Source of the DNA: an uncultured delta proteobacterium
GTDB taxonomy: Bacteria; Desulfobacterota; Zymogenia; Zymogenales; Zymogenaceae
Assembly (NCBI GenBank): GCA_963792965.1
Contig: CAWBYW010000009.1
Span: 192,001-256,000, forward strand
Reading direction: 5' to 3'
DNA: 64,000 nucleotides
Below, one piece after another: positions 50,446 to 60,880 of this stretch (positions are counted from its first letter, which is position 1; each line of letters begins with the position of its first letter). A program made the translations under genes and the position numbers. Under the pieces are notes generated by a model. That model was not told the DNA's origin. It worked only from the letters and a program-made list of their open reading frames with translations, and searched no databases.

Positions 50446-51430
50446 GCTTCTTCCCTCCACCGGCTCTTTCCTCAATGGCCTTTTGCGCAAGCGCAAATAC
50501 GTCGTGTTTCACCTTTGAAAGCGTACCGTAGATGGTGCACCCCGCTGCGTTCATGTGGCCGCCGCCGCCGAAGTGGCCGGCGATTTGCGACACATCCATG
50601 TCATCCCGCGATCTGAAGCTGACCTTGAAGCCGCCGTCCGGCTGCTCCCGGAACAGGACCGCCACCTTGACCCCCCCGACGAAACGGGGATAATCGATGA
50701 ACCCCTCGATCACGTCAGGGCCGGTGTCGGTTTCCTTAAACATCCGCTGCGTGATCGTCATCGAGCCTACCCTTCCCCGATCCGCAAATTCGAGCGTGCC
50801 CAGCGCCAACCGCAACAGATCCAGCCGCGATACGGAGTAGTTCTCGTTTATCTCTTCGGCTATCTTTGCGGGACGCGCACCATACCTGACGAGCCCGGCC
50901 GATATCTCAAAGGCCCGCATCGTTGTATTGGAATAGGTATAGCTCCCGGTGTCGGTCATGATGGAGGTATAAAGACACGTCGCGACATCGGGGCTGATCG
51001 CTCTTCCGAGGGCGCCGATGAGATCGTAGAGCATCTCGCCGACAGCGCACGCGTTCGGGTCGATCAGGTTGATGTCCCCGAACAGGGCGTTGGAGATGTG
51101 ATGGTCGATATTGACCACCCGGCCGAACCTGACATGTGCCGCGATATCTTTCCCGGTTCGCTCCCAGTCCGTGCTGTCGACGACGATCCCGAGGTCGAAG
51201 AAGCTTCCCCTCACGACGTCAAGATCGTGCACCACGTCGCCTGAGTTCGGTAGGAATCTCAGGTTATTCGGAATCCGATCGGTCATAAAGGCCGTGACGT
51301 CCCGCCCCATCTCCCTAAAGAGACAGTTGAGGGCAAGGAGACAGCCGATCGCGTCGCCGTCAGGATTAATGTGCGTCGTGACAAAGATACGCTTCGAGTC
51401 TTCTATCGCCCTTGTGATTTTTTCCAGCAT
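50435..51430 (-). CDS. nrnA: DHH/DHHA1 phosphoesterase (NrnA-like)
   Basis: HINPDGDA, DHH, TDTG, GGGH. Confidence 0.9.
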   Translation of the reverse strand: MLEKITRAIEDSKRIFVTTHINPDGDAIGCLLALNCLFREMGRDVTAFMTDRIPNNLRFLPNSGDVVHDLDVVRGSFFDLGIVVDSTDWERTGKDIAAHVRFGRVVNIDHHISNALFGDINLIDPNACAVGEMLYDLIGALGRAISPDVATCLYTSIMTDTGSYTYSNTTMRAFEISAGLVRYGARPAKIAEEINENYSVSRLDLLRLALGTLEFADRGRVGSMTITQRMFKETDTGPDVIEGFIDYPRFVGGVKVAVLFREQPDGGFKVSFRSRDDMDVSQIAGHFGGGGHMNAAGCTIYGTLSKVKHDVFALAQKAIEERAGGGKKRVV

Positions 51431-51435
51431 GAGTG

Positions 51436-51789
51436 CTATTCTTTTTTCAGCTCCTCGAGGATCCTGTCGATCTTCTCCCCGTAGTCGCTGCTCTTATCGT
51501 AAATAAAGGTCAGCTCGGGCACCCTCCTTATCGTGAGTCCGGCGGCAAGGCTGCTCCTGATGAACCCGGCGGCGCTCTCCAGCCCCTTCTGGGCCTCTTT
51601 CCTGGCGGTCCCGTCTGCGCCGACGGTGTAAAAGACCTTTGCAGTCCTGATGTCCCGTGAGACCTCGACGCCCGTGACGGTGATCATCCCGATGCGCGGG
51701 TCCTTTATCTCTTTGATCAAGAGCCTGGAGACCTCCTCCCTGATGAGGTCGGCGAGCCTCTCTGTTCTCCTGCCGTCCTTTCCCTTCAC
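51436..51789 (-). CDS. rbfA: ribosome-binding factor A
   Basis: KDPRIG, AAGFIR, PELTF.YD.S. Confidence 0.96.
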   Translation of the reverse strand: MKGKDGRRTERLADLIREEVSRLLIKEIKDPRIGMITVTGVEVSRDIRTAKVFYTVGADGTARKEAQKGLESAAGFIRSSLAAGLTIRRVPELTFIYDKSSDYGEKIDRILEELKKE

Positions 51790-52095
51790 CTAACAAAAAT
51801 CTCCATCGGAATAGTTGAGTATTTCTATTCTATGATCGATTATCTCGGCAAGATCGAGAGACTCCATGTAGTTAATAATCTTGTCGATGTGGGAATTGAC
51901 GAAGGAGGCGTCGTTTCCCACCACGGTTATGCCGATGGTCGCCTTCTGCCAGAGGTCGCCGTCGGCGACCTCGGCGCACGCGGCGTTGAATTTATTATGG
52001 ACCAACACGGTAAGTTTTTTTACCACCTGCCGTTTTGCCTTGAGAGAATTGGCGTGGTGGATGAAAAACTGGACTCGCCCCACCCCGACGAACAT
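51790..52095 (-). CDS. DUF503 (YlxP) protein
   Basis: SLKAKRQVV..FN...AEV...DLWQ. Confidence 0.92.
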   Translation of the reverse strand: MFVGVGRVQFFIHHANSLKAKRQVVKKLTVLVHNKFNAACAEVADGDLWQKATIGITVVGNDASFVNSHIDKIINYMESLDLAEIIDHRIEILNYSDGDFC

Positions 52096-52096
52096 C

Positions 52097-54766
52097 TCAC
52101 AACTCCGCGGCGACCTCCTCGATCATGTATGACTCGATGGTGTCGTTCGGCTTGAAATCGTTATAGTTTTCTATCTTGATGCCGCACTCGTAGCCCGTCG
52201 CGACCTCCCTGCTGTCTTCCTTGAACCGCTTAAGGGATTCGATCTTTCCTTCGAAGACGACCTGCTTATCCCTGATAACGCGGGCCCTGGATCCCCTTAC
52301 AATCTTCCCGTCTACGACGTAGCTGCCGGCGACCGGCCCGATCTTGGGTATGGTGAAGATTTCGCGTACCTCGGCATGTCCAAGGGTTTTCTCCACCAGT
52401 TTCGGCGCCAGCATGCCCGTCATCGCCCGCTTGATGTCGTCTACGCAATCGTAGATGATGTTGTAGAGTTTTATTTCGACCTTCTCCAGCTCCGCCAGCT
52501 CCGTAACCTTTGGTTCCGGGCGGACGGAAAAGCCGATGATGACCGCCTCGGAGGCCGAAGCGAGCATCACGTCCGATTCGGTGATGCTTCCCGTCGCCCC
52601 GTGCACCACAACGACCTTCACCTCGTCATTGGAGAGGCCGGTGAGGCTGTCGGTGAGCGCCTCGACGGAGCCCTGCACATCCCCCTTGATGATGAGTTTC
52701 AGCTCCTTGATTCCCTCTCCTTCCTGTATCTTCTTATAGAAATCCTCAAGGCTGGCGCGTGAGCGGGGAACGACCATCTCCTTTTCCCGCACCTTCAGCT
52801 GGCGGTGACCCACCACCTCTTTGGCTGTCTTCTCGCTTTCGACGACGCTGAAGGGGTCTCCCGCCATCGGCACGCCCCCGAGGCCCAGGATCTCCACCGG
52901 GATGGACGGGCCCGCCTCCTGGACGAACTCTCCCAGGTCGTTTACGAGGGCCCTGACCCTGCCGGCAAAGAGCCCGGTCACGAAATGATCCCCCACCCTG
53001 AGGGTACCCTCTTTCACCAGGACCGTGGCGATGGGTCCCCTGCCTCGATCGAGCCGCGCTTCGATGACAACCCCCCGGGCCGGCTTGTTGGGGTTGGCGC
53101 GGAGCTCCAGCATCTCCGATTGGATGAGGATCATCTCGAGAAGCTCGTTGATGTTGGTCTTCTTCTTGGCGGAAAGCTCAACGGAAATCGTATCCCCTCC
53201 GAGATCCTCGGGGACCAGCCCGTACTCTATGAGCTCCTTCTTGATCCGCTCGGGCTTGGCGTCCGGCTTATCGATTTTGTTTACGGCCACGATGATCGGG
53301 ACGCCGGCATCCTTGGCGTGGTTGATGGCCTCGATCGTCTGGGGCATAACGCCGTCGTCGGCCGCGACGACAAGGACAACGATATCGGTTACCTGCGCGC
53401 CCCGCGCCCGCATCGTGGTGAAGGCTTCATGGCCGGGGGTATCCAGGAACGTGATCCTTTTCCCCTTTACGTCGACCTCATAGGCGCCGATGTGCTGGGT
53501 GATACCGCCGAATTCGCCACCGACGACGTTCGTTTTTCTGATGGCGTCAAGAAGGGTGGTCTTCCCGTGATCCACGTGCCCCATGATCGTCACCACGGGG
53601 GGACGAGTAATCAGGTCTTTGTCCTGATCTTCGACGTCTTTGATCAGTGTCCCCTCCTCGAAGGCGACGTTTTCAATTTCGTATCCGAAATCCTGAGCGA
53701 GAATGGAAGCGGTATCCAGATCGACGACCTGGTTGATCGTGGCCATCATGCCCAGCCCCATCATCTTTCTTATCAGGTCGCCCGCCTTTACGCCCATCCT
53801 CTTGGCAAGCTCGCCGACGCTGACAACCTCCTCGATCTTGACGACGCGTTTGCTCGCCTTGGGGGTCGTGATAACGGTCTTGAGCATAACCTTTCTTATC
53901 GGCTTGACGGCTTTCTTTGACCTCTTTGGAGGGGGACCCGCCTTCGCCCGCGCCCCCTCATCCCAGGTGGTCTGAACCTCCGGCTTAATGAGGACCTCGC
54001 GTTTCTTGGCGGGGCGCTTGACGGTCGCCGCTTCTTCACCGACGTTGCCTCTTCGCTTCTTCTTCTTCTTCTTCTCGACCTCTTTTTTTACCGGCGCGAC
54101 GGCGGTCTTCTTCTCGCCGACAGCGCCGTCGGCCCGTCGCCTCTCCGCGGTCACGGCCTCCCCTTTCTGGGGTTTTTGAATGATCTTGGGGCCGACGACC
54201 TCTCCCATCTCCTCCTTGGAGACGGTCTTGAGTCTCCTGCCGAGGAGGCGCCCCCTCTGCTCTTCAACCGGCGCCTCTTTCTTCTCGGGCTTCCTTTCGA
54301 CCCGCTGTTCGGCCGGGGTCACCGCTTTAGCAGCGGTCTGAACCTCTTCCCTTTTCTCTTCCCGCTCTTTCTTCGGTTTTTCGGCAATGATCCGTGGAAG
54401 CGGCGTTTCTTCCTTTTCTACTGTTTTAAGTCTCGGGGTGCTCTCTTTCCTCGGCCCCCGCTCGTCCTGCGCCTCCTCGACACCAACCTCTTGGTCGACC
54501 TCCGGCTCCGGCGGCGTGCTCTCTTCGGCGGACGCCGTCGGTTTTTCTTTGGCCCTTCTCCTGATGACGGTCGGTTTGATCCGCTCCTCGACGACACTGT
54601 CCGATCTTTCCTTCCTGACCATCTCTTCGAGGATCCTGACCTCTTCCGCTTCGAGGGTCTCCGTGGCGTCTTCTATGCCCAGGCCGATCTCCTGGACCTT
54701 TTTCAGCAAGGCCTCGTCTTCCATCTTTAGTTTTTTCGCCAGTTCGAAGACTTTCATTTTAGACAT
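52097..54766 (-). CDS. infB: translation initiation factor IF-2
   Basis: [17 protein letters not shown]. Confidence 0.98.
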   Translation of the reverse strand: MSKMKVFELAKKLKMEDEALLKKVQEIGLGIEDATETLEAEEVRILEEMVRKERSDSVVEERIKPTVIRRRAKEKPTASAEESTPPEPEVDQEVGVEEAQDERGPRKESTPRLKTVEKEETPLPRIIAEKPKKEREEKREEVQTAAKAVTPAEQRVERKPEKKEAPVEEQRGRLLGRRLKTVSKEEMGEVVGPKIIQKPQKGEAVTAERRRADGAVGEKKTAVAPVKKEVEKKKKKKRRGNVGEEAATVKRPAKKREVLIKPEVQTTWDEGARAKAGPPPKRSKKAVKPIRKVMLKTVITTPKASKRVVKIEEVVSVGELAKRMGVKAGDLIRKMMGLGMMATINQVVDLDTASILAQDFGYEIENVAFEEGTLIKDVEDQDKDLITRPPVVTIMGHVDHGKTTLLDAIRKTNVVGGEFGGITQHIGAYEVDVKGKRITFLDTPGHEAFTTMRARGAQVTDIVVLVVAADDGVMPQTIEAINHAKDAGVPIIVAVNKIDKPDAKPERIKKELIEYGLVPEDLGGDTISVELSAKKKTNINELLEMILIQSEMLELRANPNKPARGVVIEARLDRGRGPIATVLVKEGTLRVGDHFVTGLFAGRVRALVNDLGEFVQEAGPSIPVEILGLGGVPMAGDPFSVVESEKTAKEVVGHRQLKVREKEMVVPRSRASLEDFYKKIQEGEGIKELKLIIKGDVQGSVEALTDSLTGLSNDEVKVVVVHGATGSITESDVMLASASEAVIIGFSVRPEPKVTELAELEKVEIKLYNIIYDCVDDIKRAMTGMLAPKLVEKTLGHAEVREIFTIPKIGPVAGSYVVDGKIVRGSRARVIRDKQVVFEGKIESLKRFKEDSREVATGYECGIKIENYNDFKPNDTIESYMIEEVAAEL

Positions 54767-54839
54767 ACAAAAAGCACCCCCACAAGGCGGACATCGTCTG
54801 CCACTCTATTGTCGTCATATGACGTGGTGTCGCTATTCG

Positions 54840-56324
54840 CTATTCGTTTTCCTTGGCCGGCATAGACGTCACGAGCTTCTTGGCCGATTCTATGATCGCC
54901 TGGGCCTTCTTTTCCCCGATTCCGGGGATCTGAGAGAGATCCTCGACGCTGCTGGCGGCAACCTTGTTTATACTGTCAAACCCGCCCCCCACGAGGAGCT
55001 CGCGGGTTTTTTCGCCGACACCCTCCAGGCTTTCGAGCGACGGCCCCGCACCCCCCTGTTCGTGCACAGCCTCGGGGACTTCCCGTCCCTCCAGTATCGC
55101 CTGGGCCGAGGCGTAGATTTTATCCGCCTTCTTCTGGCCGATGCTCTCAATATTGGCAAGAAATTCGACGCCGGCGTTCACGAGATCGGCGACCGTCGCG
55201 ATACCCTCCCGGTAGAGAACCTCCGCCGTCGCCAGACCCACGCCGGGTATCGCCCCGAGCGCATAGACTGCCTCGGCAAACTGTTTCTCCTTTTTGGAGG
55301 CGCTCTTGATATCGAGCTTCCATCCTACGAGCCTGGAAGCCAGCCTCACGTTCTGGCCTTTCTTGCCGATAGCCAGCGACAGTTGATCGTCCTGAACGAC
55401 GATCTCCATCGCCTTTTCTTCCTCATCGATAATGACCTCGGTGACCTCCGCGGGCGAGAGGGCCTTACAGACGAACTTAACCGGATCGTCGACCCAGGGC
55501 ACGATATCGATCTTTTCGCCCCTGAGCTCCTGGACGATGCTCTGCACGCGAGATCCCTTGATTCCCACGCACGCACCCACCGGATCGACATCCTTATCGG
55601 TGGAAAAGACGGCAATCTTCGAGCGTTCGCCGGGCTCCCGCGCCGCCCCCATGATTTTCACGATCCCCTCGCTGACCTCGGGCACCTCCAGCTCGAAGAG
55701 CTTGATCAGAAGCCCCGGGTGGGTCCGGGAAAGGATGATCTGGGGGCCTTTTGACTCCCGGAGCACCTCAAGGATATAGGCCCTGATCCGGTCGCCCTGA
55801 CGGTACCCTTCACGCGGAACCTGTTCCTTGGGGGGGATGACGGCCTCCGCCCTGCCCAGGTTGACGTAGATGTGTCCGCGCTCGAAACGCTGCACCATCC
55901 CCGTGATAAGCTCGTTGACCCGGTCCCTATACTCCTCATAAATGTTATCCCGCTCGGCGTTGCGTACCTTCTGGATAATCACCTGTTTTGCCGTCTGCGC
56001 GGCGATCCTGCCGAAGTCCGAAATATCGAGCTTGAAGCCGAGGCTGTCACCGACCGCCGCCTCGGGATCCGTCTTGACGGCTTCATCCAGGGTGATCTGG
56101 ATCTCGGGATCGATAACCTCGTCGACGACCTCCTTGAACTCAAAGAGCTCTACCTCCCCGAGTTCATCGTTGAAAGAGGCCTCGATCTCTTTCAGGTTTC
56201 CGTACTTCTTCTTGGCGGCGGTAAGAAGCGCCGCCTCAATGGCCTCAATGAGGATATCACGCGATATCCCCTTTTCTTTCTCGACCTGTTCAATGATATG
56301 ATTCAAATTCGAATACGTGGTCAC
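54840..56324 (-). CDS. nusA: transcription termination factor NusA
   Basis: FGRIAAQTAKQ, DPVGACVG.KGSRV, LAIGKKGQN; two C-terminal HhH repeats. Confidence 0.98.
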   Translation of the reverse strand: MTTYSNLNHIIEQVEKEKGISRDILIEAIEAALLTAAKKKYGNLKEIEASFNDELGEVELFEFKEVVDEVIDPEIQITLDEAVKTDPEAAVGDSLGFKLDISDFGRIAAQTAKQVIIQKVRNAERDNIYEEYRDRVNELITGMVQRFERGHIYVNLGRAEAVIPPKEQVPREGYRQGDRIRAYILEVLRESKGPQIILSRTHPGLLIKLFELEVPEVSEGIVKIMGAAREPGERSKIAVFSTDKDVDPVGACVGIKGSRVQSIVQELRGEKIDIVPWVDDPVKFVCKALSPAEVTEVIIDEEEKAMEIVVQDDQLSLAIGKKGQNVRLASRLVGWKLDIKSASKKEKQFAEAVYALGAIPGVGLATAEVLYREGIATVADLVNAGVEFLANIESIGQKKADKIYASAQAILEGREVPEAVHEQGGAGPSLESLEGVGEKTRELLVGGGFDSINKVAASSVEDLSQIPGIGEKKAQAIIESAKKLVTSMPAKENE

Positions 56325-56336
56325 CTGAGCTATCCT

Positions 56337-56831
56337 CTAAGGAATTTGACGATAGACAAGACGGGCCTTCTTGATGGCGTCTCGAGGAATCCGAAACTCT
56401 TCATCTTGCTCCCCTTTAACTGCGACCGACCCGTCGGTTATCCCCAACAAAATCCCCGAAAAGTTTGACCTTCCGTCGATTGGGGATTGAGTCTTTATCT
56501 TTACTTCCCTTCCCGCGAATGCCTGGAAGTCTTCTTCTCTCCTCAACGGTCTTTCCAGTCCCGGCGACGAGACCTCGAGCGTATACGGACCTTCAATCGG
56601 GTCCTTCGCATCCAGGAGACGCTCGATCGTGCGGCTGATTTGGGCGCAATCCTCGACGGTGACTCCCCGCTCGTGGTCGATATAGAATCGCACCAGAAGC
56701 CTCCCCCTCCCGCGATGAACCTCCACCTCGATGAGGCTGAATCCGAAGAGGCCGCACGCCTTTTCGCCTATCGCCCACAGGGTATCTCTGAGACTGTCGA
56801 GGTATCCCTGCTTTTTATCGTCCTTGGTAAT
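56337..56831 (-). CDS. rimP: ribosome maturation factor RimP (start codon unclear)
   Basis: YID...GVTVEDC, YTLEVSSPGLERPL; homologous frame extends upstream of the ORF-track GTG. Confidence 0.92.
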   Translation of the reverse strand: MTKDDKKQGYLDSLRDTLWAIGEKACGLFGFSLIEVEVHRGRGRLLVRFYIDHERGVTVEDCAQISRTIERLLDAKDPIEGPYTLEVSSPGLERPLRREEDFQAFAGREVKIKTQSPIDGRSNFSGILLGITDGSVAVKGEQDEEFRIPRDAIKKARLVYRQIP

Positions 56832-56873
56832 CGTAAGAACCGCACGCTATACATAAAAGAGAACGGCCCACAT

Positions 56874-56905
56874 TAAATAAAAAAGTGGGCGGAGAGCCCA
56901 CTTCT
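56874..56905 (-). promoter_or_regulatory. rimP leader terminator/attenuator
   Basis: AAGTGGGC-TCTCC-GCCCACTT followed by a T tract; GGGC..GCCC hairpin typical of rimP-nusA-infB leaders. Confidence 0.8.
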
Positions 56906-56974
56906 TAATAAGTAGACCCATGCGCACTCATGTGAATCAGAAAAAGGCCATCTGTCGCATCCAAATAGAAAACG

Positions 56975-57050
56975 TGGAGCGGGCAACGGGGTTCGAACCC
57001 GCGACATCAAGCTTGGGAAGCTTGCACTCTACCAACTGAGTTATGCCCGC
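56975..57050 (-). tRNA. tRNA-Gly (CCC)
   Basis: GCGGGCA...CAAGCTT-CCC-AAGCTTG...GTTCGAACCC..TGCCCGCTCCA; TTGACA-17-TATATT promoter at 57097-57069. Confidence 0.96.
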
Positions 57051-57221
57051 CTTATACTTCAAAACCTAAATATAGAGGAAAATGGACTATTTGTCAATAT
57101 TTTTCTCTCTTTCCCTCAGATTGCGGCGTTCTTGGGCGGCTTGTCCTCCTGCCACCCGGTTCCTTCCCCTCGCCACCCCTCTGACGAAAAGGATCCGTCC
57201 GCGCGAGCGCGGACGGATCCT

Positions 57222-58265
57222 TTATTCGATCTCAAGTGAATCCAGGATTGAATCGATATCGATATTCTCGGTCGTCTTTTCCGCCTCCCGCGCACCCTTC
57301 GCCGTAGGCGTCGGGCCCCGACCGGGCTCGGTTCCCTTTCCCTGAGGCGGCTGAGCCCCGTTGACGTCCCCGATTTTCGCGGTGGCATCTTCGGTAGCGT
57401 CAGATGCCCAGATCCGGTGTGACTCGATCTGGGCGAGTTCCTCTTTCGATGCTGGTATCAGGCTCAGCTCATCGGCAACCTTCTGGATGACGGCGCGCCC
57501 GACGACCGGGGCCTTGCTCAGCATCCCCTCAAGCAGCGCGTTATCGCAGATATTGTTGATGACACGGGGGATGCCCCGCGAATATCTCTGGATCACCTCG
57601 ACGGCTTCGCGGGTAAAGAGCATTTTGGTCGCCCCGGCAACTTTAAGCCGATGCTTGATATACTTTTCCGTAGAATCGAGGTTCATATAGCCAAGCCTGA
57701 GCCGCATGGCTACCCGCTGATTAAGCGGCTCGTCCTGCTTGAGGGCGTCTTCGATCTCAGGCAGTCCGAAAAGGACAAAGGAGATAAACTTTTTATCGGG
57801 GATCTCGAGGTTCAAGAGTCCCCTGAATTCCTCCATGATCTCTCTGCTCTTGAGCATCTGCGCCTCATCCACAAGGATGACCGCCCTCCTGCCGCTCTCC
57901 TGGATTTCTATCAGTCTCTTGTAGAGCTGACCCAACAGTTTTATTTTCTCTTCGGCGGGCTCTTCCACGCCCAGCTGGGTTGCGATCCTCGTCAAGAGCC
58001 AATCGGCGCTGATCCCCGAATGGATGATAACCAGCATCGATGCCTCGTACTCTTCCTCGGAGAGCGATACCAGGAGTCTTCGGGCCAGCGTTGTCTTTCC
58101 GGTCCCCACGTCACCAATGAGAATTGCCAGCCCCTTCATCGACTTGGCGATATAGAGGAGCTTGGTAAGAACGATCGCGTGTTGCTCACTATTGAAGTAG
58201 AATTTATTGTCGGGCGTGTTGGAGAAAGGATCCAACTGCATGCCGTAGTATCGATAGTGTTCCAT
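57222..58265 (-). CDS. ExeA/GspA-family AAA ATPase
   Basis: PFSNTPD, GDVGTGKTT, VDEAQ, GIPRVINNICDNAL. Confidence 0.92.
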   Translation of the reverse strand: MEHYRYYGMQLDPFSNTPDNKFYFNSEQHAIVLTKLLYIAKSMKGLAILIGDVGTGKTTLARRLLVSLSEEEYEASMLVIIHSGISADWLLTRIATQLGVEEPAEEKIKLLGQLYKRLIEIQESGRRAVILVDEAQMLKSREIMEEFRGLLNLEIPDKKFISFVLFGLPEIEDALKQDEPLNQRVAMRLRLGYMNLDSTEKYIKHRLKVAGATKMLFTREAVEVIQRYSRGIPRVINNICDNALLEGMLSKAPVVGRAVIQKVADELSLIPASKEELAQIESHRIWASDATEDATAKIGDVNGAQPPQGKGTEPGRGPTPTAKGAREAEKTTENIDIDSILDSLEIE

Positions 58266-58322
58266 TATCTTGCCGTATGAATAAAACTAATGACCGGTCG
58301 TCTACAAAAAGGAGCGGAGAGG

Positions 58323-60734
58323 TCATACAAACGATATCTTACCCTTTGTCGGCGGCGCCGGTTTGGTCGGCTTGCCTTCCTGGGAGGTCCGTTCTTTTAC
58401 CGACGGCGCGCCATCCTTCACGGGAGGTGCGGCTTTCCCCCTAAGGGATTTGATCTTCTCGGAGACATCTCTGAAGGAAGGATCCCGGCCGTAGATCTTT
58501 TCGAAGAGCGAATACGCCTCATCGGTCTCCCCGAACAGCTCCTGGGAAAGCGCCAATTCGTAGAGGATACCGAGCCGTTCTTCGGGCTTGAGCGTCGGGG
58601 TATCGGCCGCCTCCCGGAAGTAGTCGATGCTCTTGTCAAAAACGCCGATATCGCGATAGGTTACTCCCAGCATGATGAAGCTGTCGAGCTTCTTTTTCGG
58701 ATCGTTTGAGGAGGTTAAGAACTCGGTAATCGCATCGTCAAAGAGACCCATCTCCCGATAGGCGATCCCGAGGTTGTAATGGGTGTCGAAATCCTCTCTC
58801 CCGAACTGTTTTTCAACCCCCCGCTTGAACTCCTCGAATACATCCTCGAAGGAGTACTGATCGTCTTTGCCGAGGAGTCCTGCGCCTCCCTTGGATTCAA
58901 GGGAGAGATCCTCCTCAAGCACAACCTCTTCCAGCTCCTTTCTCAGGTCAAAGTAGTCCTCACCCTCGGACAGCGGCTCATCCTTTGGCGCCATATTGAT
59001 CAGCCCCGAGTCGGCGGAGTCCCTGATCTGGGGCTCTCTGGTCGGTTTGACCTCGTGGAGCACGTCGTCTTCGACGATCGTTTCATATTCTTCTTCGGCT
59101 ATCGCTTCCTCTTCAAGGGAAATCTCGATCGGCTCGGCACCCGTCTCTCCGACGTCGATCGATTCCGAGACCTCCATCTCGTCTACCGTCGAAAAATCGA
59201 CCTCTTCCTCGGCGGCACCGATTTCCTCAGGCTCTTCAAGCACAATATCGAATTCCGGGGCCCTCGCAGCGGTTTCCTTGGCGCTTCCGGTCGGATCAAG
59301 CTCCTTTGCCCTGGTGAGCATAGCGCTTGCGAGCCTCCCGTTTCCGTTCTTCTTTGCGATTTCCGAGATCCGGTAGTATTGTCGGGCCGCCAGCCCATGG
59401 TACCTTCCGGGGTCATTCATCTTATCGGCGAGTTCACCATAGAGCTCGGCAAGTTTCTCCTTTGGGGTGATGAAATCGTTCTTCTCGGTGTAGTCGGAAA
59501 GGACGTTGGTGGCCTCCTTGAACTGACCGTACTTAACGTAGGTGTCGACCTTCAGCATGACAAGGCGCCCCTCGTTGTCGAGATTTTCGACAACCTCCTC
59601 ATAACCTTCCTCGACCTGCGGTGCTTCCTGGATAAGCTCCGCCTCGATGATGTCATCCTCCCCGACCTCGATGACCTCCCCCTCGTCGAGCGGCTCGGCC
59701 CCGAACGACTCGACCCGTTCCACGGCCCCGCGGTCGATTCCCCCACTCATCATATCTTCAGATATGGTACTTTTGAGATTTTCGTAGAGCGCTTTATAGT
59801 GGGCGGACTTCTCTTCCCCTCCGACCTTTTTGCGAAAGGCGATCATCAACTCGGTATAGAGCTTCTCGAGGATGTCTTTCTTCCCCCCGAGCTTCTCATA
59901 GACCCTTGTCAGGTCCTCCTTGGCGGAGATGAAGTCGGGGTCTATCGTGAGCATTTTATTGAGTATGTCGGAACTGCCCGTATAGTCGTTGCGCTCCAGC
60001 GTGAGCCGTGACTTGAGGAAGAGAAGCTTCATGTTTTCGGGGGCAATCGAAAGCCCCATATCGATGCGGGCCTCCGCCATCTCCCTCTTATTAGTCTTGA
60101 GGTAGATTTCGGCCACCTCAACGATCATGTCCATCCGCTGCGAGTGGTGCTTGATCAGCTTCTCATACAGGTTGACCATGTCTTCGACACGGTCCTCCTT
60201 TTTTAGCTGCTCGCCGATCTTGACATATTCGTCGAGGCTGTGATCGATATAGCCGTTGCGATAATACGCGTCGGCAAGCCTCATACGAAGCTGGAGGTTT
60301 CCCGGCGCCATTTCGGCCATTTTATCAAGTGTCTCCAACGCGCGAACGGTATCTCCCTTTCGCTCGTAGAATTGATAGACAATCTGAAACTGCTGGATTG
60401 CGTCTCCGTTGAGATTCTGCTTGTGGTAGAGTTCGGCGAGCTTGAGGTTTATGTTTATCTGGGTGGGGTCGAGCTTCAGGACTTGCTTATACAGGGCGAT
60501 CGCCCTCAGGTAGAAGCCGTCGTCGGCGTAAAATTTCGCGACAAAATTGTATTCGGTCAGCGCCTCGGCTTTCTTGTTCTCGCGCGCATATAGATCGCCG
60601 AGCTTCTGGCGCACCTTAATATCCCTCGGGTCTTCCCTGACGATGCTGGCCAACTCCCTAATGGCTCGGTCATACATCCCCCTTTGGATAAATTTTTGCG
60701 CGGAAAGGATGGTTTTGTTCTTATCCAGCGGCAT
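58323..60734 (-). CDS. TPR protein, SgmX-like
   Basis: N-terminal TPRs DKNK...DGFYLRAIALYKQVLKL; acidic linker; C-terminal TPRs DTHYNLGIAYREMGL; tail KISFV; own TTGACT-17-TACTTT promoter at 60795-60767. Confidence 0.85.
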   Translation of the reverse strand: MPLDKNKTILSAQKFIQRGMYDRAIRELASIVREDPRDIKVRQKLGDLYARENKKAEALTEYNFVAKFYADDGFYLRAIALYKQVLKLDPTQININLKLAELYHKQNLNGDAIQQFQIVYQFYERKGDTVRALETLDKMAEMAPGNLQLRMRLADAYYRNGYIDHSLDEYVKIGEQLKKEDRVEDMVNLYEKLIKHHSQRMDMIVEVAEIYLKTNKREMAEARIDMGLSIAPENMKLLFLKSRLTLERNDYTGSSDILNKMLTIDPDFISAKEDLTRVYEKLGGKKDILEKLYTELMIAFRKKVGGEEKSAHYKALYENLKSTISEDMMSGGIDRGAVERVESFGAEPLDEGEVIEVGEDDIIEAELIQEAPQVEEGYEEVVENLDNEGRLVMLKVDTYVKYGQFKEATNVLSDYTEKNDFITPKEKLAELYGELADKMNDPGRYHGLAARQYYRISEIAKKNGNGRLASAMLTRAKELDPTGSAKETAARAPEFDIVLEEPEEIGAAEEEVDFSTVDEMEVSESIDVGETGAEPIEISLEEEAIAEEEYETIVEDDVLHEVKPTREPQIRDSADSGLINMAPKDEPLSEGEDYFDLRKELEEVVLEEDLSLESKGGAGLLGKDDQYSFEDVFEEFKRGVEKQFGREDFDTHYNLGIAYREMGLFDDAITEFLTSSNDPKKKLDSFIMLGVTYRDIGVFDKSIDYFREAADTPTLKPEERLGILYELALSQELFGETDEAYSLFEKIYGRDPSFRDVSEKIKSLRGKAAPPVKDGAPSVKERTSQEGKPTKPAPPTKGKISFV

Positions 60735-60880
60735 ATACCCGTCTCAAGACGTAAAAATCCCTTTTAAAAGTACACCATTTCTCTACAAAAGTCAATAATT
60801 ATGGACCGGTTCTTACTATTTGGCCGTCTTTCAGATTGTCGACCCCGATACCCTCTACCGTCGGCCGAGTCATTAAGACA

